Below, one piece after another: positions 52,238 through 64,000 of a DNA stretch of 64,000 nt. The DNA comes from Antedon mediterranea (taxonomy: Eukaryota; Animalia; Echinodermata). A program made the translations under genes and the position numbers. The notes under the pieces were generated by a model, which was given only the letters and a program-made list of their open reading frames with translations, did not search any database and was not told the origin of the DNA. Location: NCBI RefSeq assembly GCF_964355755.1, contig NC_092680.1, positions 3,844,001 to 3,908,000 of the forward strand, given 5' to 3'. The stretch's first letter is position 1; each line of letters starts with the position of its first letter.

Positions 52238-55200
52238 ATGGGGGAGCTTGCTAATCGTTTGGCAGTTTTGCAAGCACTGTTCCAGCAGTATGACACAGAC
52301 AATTCAGGAGAACTTACACCAGTACAGCTGCAGGCATTACATTCAAGCCTACGATTTGGTGGTATTAGCCTTTCACAGGTACAGTAAAAACAGAAGTGGT
52401 GACAATCAACCATGCAAATGGAAATTTCTTTCGGTACAATTGACCATTATTGAACCATATGTTTCATGAGGGTAGCCCACCCAGAAAAGCTGATTATTAG
52501 GGCACTCGAAACACATTATTACCATGTATCTACAGGGCTGTAGCCAGCATGAAGTTTTCAATTTTCACTACCCACCCCAATTCCCCAACAGAGATTGGCA
52601 TAAATATATTAATAATATTATATTTAAAGCATCTTTGCCTCGTCTGTAGCCCTTGATCTAAAGTTCGGCTAGTTCTCAATCTCTGTGCTGATTGACAACA
52701 AAGAGGGAGCATGGTCGAACTTGGTTGGTTGACTGTTCCAGCATGGTCTACCATGCCTCCACACCAAATATTAACTATCAACACGTACCTCTAGCCTAGT
52801 ACTTCCCCCTGGATGTTGTTGGCTGTTGGTTCATTCTTTATTGATTACACATTTCTACCATCACAGGTAAAGGCTGCCATGTGCTACACATGTATGTGCG
52901 ATGATATTTCTTGTGAACTGGATGAACTGTTTGATGCTCTACAAGAGTTGGACAGACGTTATTTCTTGGTTCAAGACTTCCGCTGGGAATTCTCGCTTCT
53001 TGATGGGGACCAAACGGATTTTATACGCGAGGATCAGGCAAAGTGAGCATAATTAAGCGAACTATAAATCATATATCATTTATTAAATAACATTTTTTTA
53101 TTTGCAGTATTTTATAAGAATATACCAATAGGCATAGATAAAATAGATCTAGATGTCTATACTCTCTACATAATCACAGTTCAAAAAGTGATTTATCATG
53201 GTTAGGAAAAGGTTGTATAACATTGGCCAATCAGATATATATATCCAATCTGCAGACAGTACTGTTTCGATCTTATTAGATCTCGTCAGTGCAGATCAGG
53301 TTTCGAAATGATCTGTACCAAAATATAGGCTGAGCAAGTTACGCAGAACAATATATATAAACACCACAGAACAAGTTCTAAACCGCCCAGTGATATACTG
53401 ACAATTTATATATTGTATTGATATTATTTTGGGTTATTATTTTTTCATACTAAATAACATCTTAAAAAGACACAACAACTGTTTTGCTGTGAGTCTCTAC
53501 CCTGGTGACATCACTTAGCAGTTGCCTAGTTGAACCTCTGATTCTTATAGTATGTCTATGTACTAAAATAGATGTACCAATGTATAGATATGTTAAAATT
53601 ATAATTAAAGGAAAGTGTCTCTTTCACTCAGGTTTTTAATGGAAGCTGTTCATGGTGACCTCTTCTCTAAGCGACAATGGGAGAAGTTCCTTAAGAACCG
53701 AGCTGTCCCTGGTAGTGGTGTCTCTTTTGCGGAAATTGAGGTCGACCTTTGCAATATCCCAAGTAGAGAAGACATAGCTCTTGAACAATTTGAAGAAAAA
53801 CAAGAAAAAGATGGTATGTTTAAAATTTATTTCCAAAAACTGGTATAGTGACTTATTTGTGCTTAGCTTACCTGGATAAATCAAACTTAGTCCTGTCATT
53901 TTTTAAAGAGGAAAGCAGCAATTGGAAAAATACCTAGCACTAATAATAGAACATTCTATTCATAGACAAACATTACTGATTCTGATGTTGTGATGTCTTA
54001 AGTTTTGGTTGGAGGAAAGTTTACTGCAAACTTTTTAATGTACTAATTCCAACTACAATTTTTTATAATGTTTTTAAGAACGTTTAAGAAAACACATTGA
54101 GAAGAAACTGGCAGATGAGAAAGCTAAAGCTGAGATGATGTTGCAACTTGATGAGGATAGTAAAAAGGCTGAAGCAACGGAAAGGCAGAAAAATGCAGAG
54201 GAAGAACGGAGGAAGAAGGATGAAGAGGACCGATTGAAGAGAGAGATGGAAAATAAAATAAAACAGAAGAAAGATGAAGGTAATAGTGGTTTTTTTTATA
54301 TTAATTTAGCTTTTTAATTATACTGTATCAGGTCAGGTGTCCCCTGAATAGAGTTGTCCCCTGAATAGAGTTGTCCTCTGAATAGAGGTGTCCCTGAATA
54401 GAAGTATCCCTGAATAGAGGTGTCTCCTGAATAGAAGTGTCTCCTGAATAGAGGTGTCCCCTGAATAGAGGTGTTCCCTAAATAGAGGTGTTCCCTAAAT
54501 AGAGGTGTCTCCTGAATAGAAGTGTCCCCTGAAATAGAGGTGTTCCCTGAATGGAGGTGTCTCCTGAATAGAAGTGTCCCCTGAATAGAGGTGTCCCCTG
54601 AATAGAGGTGTCCCTTGAATAGAGGTGTCCCTGAATAGAGGTGTCCCCTGAATAGAGGTCTCCCTAAGTAGAGGTGTCTCCTGAATAGAAGTGTCCCCTG
54701 AATAGAGGTGTCCCTTGAATAGAGGTGTCCCTGAATAGAGGTGTCTCCTGAATAGAGGTGTTCCCTGAATGGAGGTGTCTCCTGAATAGAGGTGTCCCAT
54801 AAATATAGGTGTATAGAAAATCAGTCTGTATATGAAGTAATCCACTTACAGAGTCACTACACTCTCCCAAGATTCTACTTAATTACATATTAACTATTAA
54901 AAATGATGGTATTGTTTTTTAAATAATATTTGTAATTACAAATAATCCTTTTGGCCGACTAGCCTGTAAGTTAACCCTGAATTTTATGAATAATTTATGC
55001 ACTCAGAAAAACAATAGGGAAAAGGCCAATTCAATAATTATGTTTACTTAATTTGTTATCACTTATATTGTGTAATTTCTTTTTTTATAAAATAACGATA
55101 AACTTTCATTTAAGTGGACTGTGAATTTTTTATTTTTAGTTGTGGTGATCTTTCACAATAGTTTTTAGCAATATCCTTTAATGACAATTTATTTTTGTAT

Positions 55201-58200
55201 AAATAATTCAATAGTAAGCTTAATTCTGGTGCCCTAAATTTTAATTTAGTTTTTGTTTTACTGTCAGGTTTTTCTTTTTATCATAACTACACAAGGTAAG
55301 TGTTGTGGCTTCACAAAAGATAAATGAATATTGCGCATATGTCTAGAAAATAAAAACAAAATATTTCCCTTGTTTTTGAAAATACCTATACAGTGATAAT
55401 ATTAATAGTATTGCAATTAAAAGTCAGTTTGCACACTGCTAAATTAAAATATATAATGTTAAGATGCTTTATGTTAAAACTTGGTAAGTATTTTTGTTCA
55501 AATATTCTGCACATTTTAAATTATTTTGTGTTGATAAAACAATTTTATTTTTTTATTAAATGAAGCCTAATTAAACGTCATGTGACTCCATCTTCTGTAG
55601 CAATAGCATGAGTCTCTTTAGCAGTTATGGATTTAACATATTTTAAATAGGTTAGGGGATGGGGAGAAGGGGTAGTCTAGGTTCTAGACCAAAATTAGTA
55701 AAAGATTTTGGCACATACAGCATTTTATACATATTATATATGAGCTTGTATTTTCTGACAAAAGTCGAAATGCTGACTGGTAAACTAACATAAAAAAACC
55801 AATAAATACAGACTTGGGGCAAGTCTAGGGAAGGGTTGGCTTAGGCCTTCAATTCGCTTGTCAGTATGCAATGCTTTCTGCTCCCATTGTATTTGTTTGT
55901 ATTTTATATTTTACTTCTTTAGACACAAAAACCAGAAATAGAGCACCTCAATTTAATTTTACAATTCCACTTAATTCAAAATGTTTAATAAATTTAGTGT
56001 TTTTTTATATTTTGTTGTTTTTTTTGTACTCTGTAACCCTGCTTGTCTTTTTTATTTTTTAAAGAAATTTTAATTGTTGTGAAGTTAAATTCAAATTAAG
56101 AATTTCTACCTTTTTAAAAAATGTTTCTGTATTAAATGTCATTTTTTGTGTTTATTTTGTTTAACAAATTTCGAGCTGCGTCAGGATTAGTAGTTGGAGG
56201 TCTAGAAATATCTTGGTGTGGTCAATCACTGGTCAAGATATCCTGGTGGTAGTCCAGATTTTTATCCAGTGGCCATATTCTTCCCACTATGAGAAATACC
56301 CCCGTAGAATTAAAAAAGTAGTAGAGAATTAGAATTTGATAAGAGAAATTCTTATTTAAATAATAAAATATGTATTGACTTAAGTGAATTTACTTAAGTT
56401 CTTACTGTCTGGTAAAGATGATAACAGGATGTAAAACTTTTATAAAATGACAATACTAAGCAAATATTGAGTAGTATTACCTTAATTATTTAAAATACAG
56501 TTAAATGTGTAATCTCCATTCCAGATGACAAAGACAGCCCATACAGCACAATTATTATCTTAATGAAATGTTTATATTTACCAGAGTTAGGAAAAAAAGA
56601 AGCAGAAGAAAGAGAGCGACGTGAAAAAGAGCAGAGAGAAAGAGAAGAGGCAGAACGACAGAGAGAGCTAGAGATCATAGAGGTACAACAAGCATTAGAA
56701 GCTCAAAGGGAACTAGAAAAGAAGGCAAAGGAGTTGGAAGAAAAACAGAAACGAGATTTGGAAGAAGCAAAAGATGATGAAGAACAGGCTAAGGTAAATA
56801 GCAATTAGAATGTCATTTATGCGGTTTATTAATTTTCATTTGTGAAACATCCCCTGCTTGCTGTATTTGTAACAGTGGCGTAACGCAGAAGCCTGAGGCC
56901 CCTGGTTAGGAACCCTTCGTGGCCCTCCAATGCTGAAGGCCTTGGACGTCTTTAGCTTTTTTGACATATTTGAATGTCCCCATAAGCTCCGGGTGCCCAT
57001 AAGCTCAGGGGCCCCTGGGTTTAGCCAGTGAGCGCTCATAGCCGCCACTGATTTGTAATACATTAATTGATAAACCTGGGCAATCATTCATTTTTTCAGT
57101 GGTAGAATTCCTACATTCTTTTTTGTAACTTGATTTGTGTTGTTGAATTGCACAGGAGCATCATTTTCCGATTGACACTGGTACACACATTATTATATGT
57201 TACTATTAAACATCAAAGTCCACTACTAGAAATGAAGTAACTGTGGATCATTTGTTAATTTGTTAGATTTTAGCAGAAAGAGAGAGACTTGCTGAAGAAG
57301 AGGCAGATAAAGCTAAGCAGGCAGCCAAGACTGCTAAAGATGCAAAGACTAGGCAAGAAGCGGAAGAGGCTGAGAAGGCAGCCAGAGAAAAGGCTAAACG
57401 TAGGCTTACAAAAACTAATTTATAAGTGAAATACTAGTTATTAGCCCGGGTAAATTGTAAAGTTTTTTTTCATTTTTTTATGGCTTTTGGTTTTTGGATC
57501 GGCGACAGAATTCTCTTGGCCTCTTTTGCCACTCTTTGGCATAGTCAAACTATTTGTTGTAAATTGTTTACCAAAATAAATTCAAAAACAAAAATAATAA
57601 GATAAAAAAATAATCTTGGGGTATACAACACAATATGAAAGACATTAATAAAACACATTGTACCAATTCCTTTATTATGTTTAATGACATTTACATGACA
57701 TTGTTTATTTGTATTTAGGAGAAAGAAATGAGAAGATTCGCAAAGAACTTAAAGTGGCAATCAAGAAACGTGACAAGAAGATGCTAGTAAAGTCTGTGGG
57801 TGAATTTAAGAAGGCAAAGTTAGCTGACGTTGATGGGGATTTACCAAAAGCCGAGAGAATTCTGAAACTGTCGCAAGCTAAGCAAGGTACAGTATGATAA
57901 AATACAAACTTTAAAAAAAATGTTAGTGCGGAAATCCATGATCAGACTTGTTTCCTTAGAGTTACCAATTTGTTTACTTCAGTCATTATTTGAGGAAGGT
58001 ATTACTTACTTAGTCCGGGACATACCCAAACTTATAATAATGACTAAATTCCTCCTTCCTATCTGCCATTGTGACATCTCTATATGTATGTCTTCCTTGT
58101 TTGGCAAGCCCATGTTTGTCTGCCACATCAGAACATCTGCAATGATTTGTTCTCTATTGCAAAGACAGTGCCCAGCAATGTCAGTCGTCTTCTTATTGTT

Positions 58201-61200
58201 TCTGTTATTTTTGGTGTGGCCAATGAACCTTACAGTACTTCTTTGTTGCCAAGGAAGGTATAGTAAAGGTAAATTTCCACAATCTTCTTTCTTTTTATTC
58301 TTTAAGAGTTGGAAGAAGCAATGGAAAACAGAGACTTGGAGGGTTTGGAGAAGGCAATCACGTTCGTCAAGAAGAACACATTTGAAGGAGATCTACCACA
58401 TGAGATGATCCGTGCCAACAAGATGCTCATCAGTCTAAAACGATTAAAACGGTTGCGTGATGAAATCCTCAACTTGAAGCAGAGTACGGTAGCGGAGATT
58501 CGCAGTTACAGCAAGCCCCCACGAGTTGTCCATCAAGTGATGATTGGCACATATCTGTTGCTAGGCAACAAGGAAAAATCTTTAAAGGTACCATATGGCC
58601 TCTATAAAGGTTGAAGGTTATCTCTGTTACTATGATATTATCACTGAGGAGAAATGTTTTAATGTTTATAATATTTTAATGTGATAACTGTTATTAATTC
58701 ACTTACGTTTATTTTAACATGAGTGATAACCTATCTCAATTAACGTTCTTCACTAATATTTCTATTAACTGTATAAGGCGCAAGTAACAATCTTGTGCAC
58801 TCTTCGTCACTGTGTGAATTCTGAAATGTTATGTGGGCTTTATTCATATGTAGTCTCATGGGATACCTGAAATAACATTTGAAAAAGGTTGGAGCGATGA
58901 GGATAATAATAATCAACCGCACTAATTCTCAGTGATGTTTTCGTAAAAGTAACAGGTGCTAACCTTTAACCGAGGTCAAAGGAGAGTTTGTCAGCCACTT
59001 CTTAACCTAAGCACTACTTCACAGTGTGTACATTAATATCATGTTTCACTCATTTTAAAAGTAATTAAAGGACAAGTAGACCAAGGACCATATTTTTTTT
59101 TCAGAACAATCGCGAGATTAAGGATATCGCCACACGCGCTTACCGTACAGCCGTCACCGTAAATTGCTGTGACGTCACAGGTGCATCGCAAAATCTACTT
59201 AATGAGTCCAGATAAGCAAAAGAAACAATAAAAAAAATCAACATTTATATTTGTTACAATTTATTTAGAAAGTGTTTACTGTAAATTTTGCGATGTACCT
59301 GTACGGCAAGCGCGTGCGGCGATATCCTTAATTTTGCGATGGTTCTGAAATCATATGTATATCCCTAATACGTTGTTAAAATATGGTCCTCGGTCAAGTT
59401 GTCCTTTGATAGTCATATATATCATATTTAGATATTATTCTTCAAAATAATGGAATTGATGAAATCAGATATTTGCCTAATGCATGAATAACTACTATTA
59501 CCTTAGAAATTATAGTAGATATCATAAAATATTAATACAATTCATACACCAAGTGGAATAATTGTAAAAGCGTTTAGAGTTTCGAATGAAAGATCAGAAT
59601 AATGGGGAAGAAAATCAATAAACCAATTAGAACATATTTAGTTACAACATGACACATCCATTTCACACATCAATCATATTTTAGACAGAAACATGATATG
59701 CAGTAGGTTATGAAGAGGTTTAGGTAACTTCTTATTTTAACAAGTGATGGCCTGGGTGAGACTTGGGATGTTGAAGTCAAATTTGCTTTATTTTAAAGAT
59801 GTATTGTCCCCCTGAAAAAATAATTCTTAAAATATTTTGGCTGAATATTTCATTTTAATGCCACAAAATATTATTCACTTTGACCAGAAAAATTGATTTA
59901 AAAAAAATGATTTGGTTGAATTTATTTTGTCATTAATTTATAATTGAAAACATAATTGTTTTTTTTATGGAAGTGACTCACTTTATTAAAACTACAAAAT
60001 GGCCTATTCAAAGTTCGATTTTATTAATTATTTGTTTTATGTTTTTTTGGGTACAATACATCTTTAAAGATATTGTCTACCTGCCTCTACCGCTAACCCC
60101 TGCATCCGCCCCTGCTGTGTTTTTTATTTTATCCTTTTTTTGTGTAAATGATGTACGTAGAAATTTAGACTTCCACATCCAGAGTTAGCCTCAACACCAG
60201 ACTGTCCCTTAGTGCCCAGTCATAGATATGTGCCAATTATGTTCTCTATGAGTAGTAGGATGATCATTTCTTTCCATTTTTTATATCAATTTTTATTCAT
60301 TAATTTCATTCAAACAGGTAAGTTTGTTTTCATTATCTTATTTTTAAGAATTTATTTGCACTTTTGCACAACTTTGTCCTATAATTCTTGTTTTATTATA
60401 TACATTGTATTTTTATATAGATTATTTGCAGTTTTCCATTTTTTTTATGAGATAATAAAATATTTATTTTCTTACTAAAAAAATACCTTTAATAAATGCC
60501 CAAAAAAAACCCGGTTAATTACGCACAATTTGTGGTGTTGCAATTTATTTTTTATTCTGAATATTTTTATTTATATTCACTATGATTTGAAATATATCAC
60601 ATGACACTATTAAAAGCCTCAGTAATCTGAGGATATAACTTAATTATTTTGAATGTCTAATTTGATTTGATTTTATTCCTACCCACACACCTGACACCTG
60701 TTCAATCACATGATTTAGTGCAATTCAAATTACTAATGACTAGACTTTGATTATTGTCACTATAGCGACACTGTTACAATAGTAAATAAATAGACAAATA
60801 ATACAATTAACTGTTCATTATGTTGGCTAGGGTTTTCTTTTTTTAACATGCATGAATTTTTCTAGCATGAATACATATGTACCTATTACCATTATTTATT
60901 AATAGAACTCCTATCAAGGGGACACTCAACATAACTCTACAAGGGTGTCCCAAATGAGGGGTGGTACTGTATTAATATTATACAGGTACAAGATATTATG
61001 ATGGTATGATAGAAAACTCTAAAAAAAAAACATTTTTGTAGTATAGTATTTATAATAGTTATTGATAGGCAATTACTAGGTGAAATAAATATAAAAATGA
61101 ATATATACTGTATAAATCCAAAGGCAAATTACTGAAAAAATGACATGGGTATCAGTGGCTGGATCTCAATGGAGATACAAAAAAAATAGCGAAAGGCTAA

Positions 61201-62389
61201 ATCAAAACGATAAATAAAAAGCCAGAAAAGTTAGCAGAGCTTTCGGGCAACACTAGCCCTTCATCAGTGGATCAAAAATGAATATATATATATAATTCAA
61301 TTCAATTCAATTTCAATTCAAGGAACATTTATTCACGTCCAAAAGACAAAAGTAACAAAAACAAAATGGCAAGTGATAAAACAAGAAAATGGACGAAGGC
61401 AAATCCCAAAAAGATTACAATCTTGTGACGGGATTGCCTTTACAAAATATTTAAATTAAGAGAAGAAAAAAAAAAATATAAATAAAGAAAATAAATTAAT
61501 TAAACAATAAAGAAATACAAAATATATATAAAACCAGTAGATAAAAGTTGGAATAAAAAATAAAAAAAGAACAGAAAAATATAATTTATTAAATCAAAAT
61601 CATTATAGTTATATGTATTATGATTGTAATGATGGGTTATTAGTCCAACCTACAGTAGTGTGGCTGACTGGAGTATAAAGCAAATTCCATAATCCCACCC
61701 CTCGCATTAGGCAGTAATCCACTTAATCCACCATAATTTTTTAAAACAATTATTTACAACCTAATTCAGGATTGGAAGGGAATGCAAGCTCTAATCGGAA
61801 AAACTGGAAAAGATGGACTGAAGCGACGAGTCAAAGAGTTTAAGCTGGAAACCAGTATTGCTGCCACTGCCGACAGAAGCAAGACCATTCTGGAGGAGTT
61901 TGATTTGGAGACTGTTAGAGACGTTAGCGCTGGAGCTGCCATCTTCTTTGCTTGGGTGAGTGCAAATTCACTCAGTTCTCCTGGAACACGTATGGAACTG
62001 CTAGAAGTTTAAAAAAAAGGCTAGCAAGCCAGCCTATAGTCAAGGATTTTTTGTTCTTCCACAAAAAGGGGCAAGTGCGAGCGTAAGCTAGTACTTTGGA
62101 ACATGTAAAAAGATGTGTATGGAATATAGTTTTAGACCTAGAAATTGTGATTCTTTCAAACTCTAAAAACCCACCAGCTTGGCCAGATGGCAGATTTGTT
62201 TATGCTACTGTATATTTTTTTAACTTCTTTTTATGTCACTATTTTCAGGCCACTGCTACCATTGATGAGATAATTGAATACCACAAGCAAAGGGAAGCGG
62301 GTGAAGTGCAGCCTGGACAGACTGGGCCTAAAACAGTCATAAAACACACAACACAGGGTGGTGGTACCCTCACTGTAAATATCAAATAA
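52238..62389 (+). CDS. Uncharacterised ~605-aa protein: calmodulin-like EF-hand domain, E/K/R-rich helical rod, C-terminal dynein stalk/microtubule-binding-domain-like region
   Basis: Exons 52238-52378, 52867-53042, 53632-53813, 54079-54279, 56585-56793, 57267-57399, 57719-57886, 58307-58587, 61770-61955, 62249-62389. All are GT-AG with consistent phases (1818 nt). EF-hands LFQQYDTDNSGELTPVQL and FSLLDGDQTDFIREDQA. C-terminal LNLKQSTVAEIRSYSKPPRVVHQVMIGTYLLLG...DWKGMQALI...FDLETVRDVSAGAAIFFAWATA. Probable 5' non-coding exon ends at 51714; AATAAA at 62571. Confidence 0.85.
53248..53296 (-). ncRNA. Minimal type I hammerhead ribozyme (Penelope/retrozyme type)
   Basis: Minus strand reads ATCTGCA-CTGACGA-GATCT AATA AGATC-GAA-ACAGTACTGT-C-TGCAGAT. 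It has a 7-bp helix I, the CUGANGA and GAAA core, a 5-bp helix II, a palindromic helix III and a GUC cleavage triplet. Confidence 0.85.
54336..54800. repeat. Tandem array of ~27 copies of a 16-18-bp unit (GTGTCCCCTGAATAGAG)
   Basis: Direct inspection. The unit is the reverse complement of the internal sub-repeat of MITE family B. Confidence 0.92.
56873..57050. mobile_element. hAT-type MITE (178 bp) with 8-bp TSD
   Basis: CAGTGGCG...CGCCACTG termini flanked by a perfect ATTTGTAA direct repeat (56865-56872 and 57051-57058). Confidence 0.88.
59069..59405. mobile_element. Largely palindromic Kolobok-type non-autonomous element (AGG...CCT ends, TTAA/TTGA flanks)
   Basis: aggacaagtagaccaaggaccatattt pairs with aaatatggtcctcggtcaagttgtcct. 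Inner IR attaaggatatcgccacacgcgcttaccgtac pairs with gtacggcaagcgcgtgcggcgatatccttaat. Confidence 0.8.
59797..60063. mobile_element. Kolobok-type MITE with TTAA TSD; decayed relative at ~47595-47750
   Basis: TTAA|AGATGTATTGT ... ACAATACATCT|TTAA. Confidence 0.8.
61234..61270 (-). ncRNA. Second minimal hammerhead ribozyme motif in a Penelope-like remnant (~61145-61270), helix I weakened
   Basis: Minus strand reads CCA-CTGATGA-A-GGGC TAGTGTT GCCC-GAA-AGCT-C-TGC. The core is conserved, helix II is 4 bp and helix III is the palindrome AGCT, but only 2 bp of helix I remain. Confidence 0.62.
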
Positions 62390-62586
62390 TAATTTGTAAA
62401 GCCTATAGTTACCAACAGCCTCGCATCGTGCAGGACGGTCCCGCATTTCAAAGTGATTTTTAATGAAACATGCATTTTGAACAAACACATGCGTGACCAC
62501 ATATTTGTCACACGTTTAGCAGAAGTATGCATGATTATTTTTTATCACAATTTGAGAGGAAATGCATTCAAATAAATTAGTATATA

Positions 62587-63811
62587 CTAGATGGCACGCT
62601 CGCTTCGCTCGCGTACCATCTAGGTCGTGCCCACATATGGTTCTCGAATACATAGTAATTTCAGCGTAAAAAAACTGGCGATTTCAAAATGTAGGCCTAC
62701 GTACCGCATGACTATAAAACATTTATTTATGTATTTATGTAGTCAACCAAAATTAGCACCGTGCGAATTACTTCCAAAAGAGAAACTTCTCACAAAATGA
62801 GTCCAAATGTTTCATTTGGACTCATTTAAACAAACCCAATTTGTATTTTGTATCTAACATTATTGAGGGTTGGGTTTTTTTTTTAATAGGCCTATAAATA
62901 ACATAACACTAAATAGAGTAAAACATTTCCGATTTAATAACTGTTAAAATTGTCACTGTCATAGTCGATTGAAATAGTAAAGTACATGTAACGATACACC
63001 ACCACGACGTTTATATTTTTTGTAATTATTAATCAATACAAACGTTGAGAAGCAACTGTCAGTAATAAAGTATTATATTATTATGTGTTTATAATCTAAA
63101 AGTAGGGGCTACCCACACTCACAGTAATAAAGTTTATTAGTATATTTGTTTATATTATAATAAACAGTAGGCCTACCAACGCACACAATAAGAAATTTGC
63201 GATTCAAATGGCTATCAAAAGTGGTTAATACCTATTTACAGTATTGTATAGGTTTACAATACTATTTATGTTTATTCTCAAAGGGCCCATAAATTGACCT
63301 ACTTGTGTTAAATCATGGAGGTATGCAAGCATGGTTAAACCAAATAATTTGGAATGTTCCATTCATCGCAAATCAATACATTTGTATAAACGTATATTAA
63401 ATCTATCAAAATAGTATTTTTTAAAGAAAATCGGCCTGTCTTCAACATTATGATACTCTACTCGAGCTGTTCAACCGGTTTTCAGCTATTAAAAACAATT
63501 ATCGTAGGAGGAGATAGGAAAATGCGAAGTATCCTCGTATTATTGTGTACAGGTATTTTTCATGAGGACATCCATTAGACAGTGTATACCACGATCGGAA
63601 AACACCCCTATTTGGGGCAAATGGTTGAACCTAAATTCGTTTTAATTGTCAATAACTAATTATCTAACTAAATTTAATTAGTAAACAGGGTTACATCAGG
63701 TGGTTAAAATCAGTACCGAGATTATGACCAACTTTACATACCATCGAGTACACATTCTAGAAATAACGCGCGATTTACAGAATTTTGCCCTTACGTAAAT
63801 TTATATATAGA
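62587..63811 (-). mobile_element. Complete non-autonomous Helitron (~1.2 kb)
   Basis: Minus strand begins A|TCTATATATAAA at 63811 and ends in the GC-rich hairpin TAGATGGTACGC-GAGCGAAGCGA-GCGTGCCATCTAG|T at 62587. The 5'-TC, 3'-CTAG, insertion between A and T, and absence of a TSD all match Helitrons. Confidence 0.8.
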
Positions 63812-64000
63812 TTAAAATGTATAGAACATTATGCGAATATTTATTATTATAACACAACACATATCACAAAAATAAGTAATATCAGGGAAAAAATGTATTT
63901 TTCCGCGGTCGCTAGCCGTCACAAAAGGGGAGGGGTGGGGGAGAGCTGTGGCTAAAATACTTAGTGTCCGAATCAACCGACCTACTCCCCTCCCCCCCCC

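Noticed and set aside
52155-52469. 104-aa ORF from the track as the first exon of the + strand gene
   Set aside because: Wrong frame. The frame from ATG 52238 gives an EF-hand and splices in phase to 52867.
54336-54870. CRISPR-like array, or coding ORFs 54495-54845 and 54664-54870
   Set aside because: Units are head-to-tail with no unique spacers, there are no cas genes and the context is a eukaryotic intron. The ORFs are translations of the repeat.
57920-58408. 162-aa ORF with a hydrophobic stretch
   Set aside because: Mostly intron 7, overlapping exon 8 out of frame; no recognisable domain.
58307-62389. Fragment or pseudogene of a dynein heavy chain
   Set aside because: No AAA or Walker motifs on either side. 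The upstream exons encode EF-hands and a charged rod in continuous frame, and the gene has its own stop and poly(A) signal.

Overview
AT-rich, intron-rich animal genomic DNA, not prokaryotic. It resembles a marine invertebrate, possibly an echinoderm (inference from composition and abundant TAGGCCTA motifs). By reading splice sites and checking frame continuity by hand I reconstructed five genes. (1) The first coding exon of an SLC16/MCT-type transporter (- strand, runs off the window start). (2) A complete 6-exon NUDT17-like Nudix hydrolase (-), with a 5'-truncated LINE in the intron that splits its Nudix box. (3) A complete 15-exon, ~952-aa RAI14/UACA/ANKRD24-family ankyrin plus coiled-coil gene (-). 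(4) A single-coding-exon secreted prepropeptide with an extreme His/Tyr-rich C-terminus (+). (5) A 10-exon, ~605-aa protein (+) that joins a calmodulin-like EF-hand head, a charged helical rod and a stand-alone dynein stalk/microtubule-binding-like domain, with no motor. Two minimal hammerhead ribozyme motifs lie antisense in introns of gene 5, and a complete non-autonomous Helitron sits just past its poly(A) signal. Many MITEs, SINE remnants and tandem arrays fill the rest. Family assignments come from motif recognition only; no database search was run.
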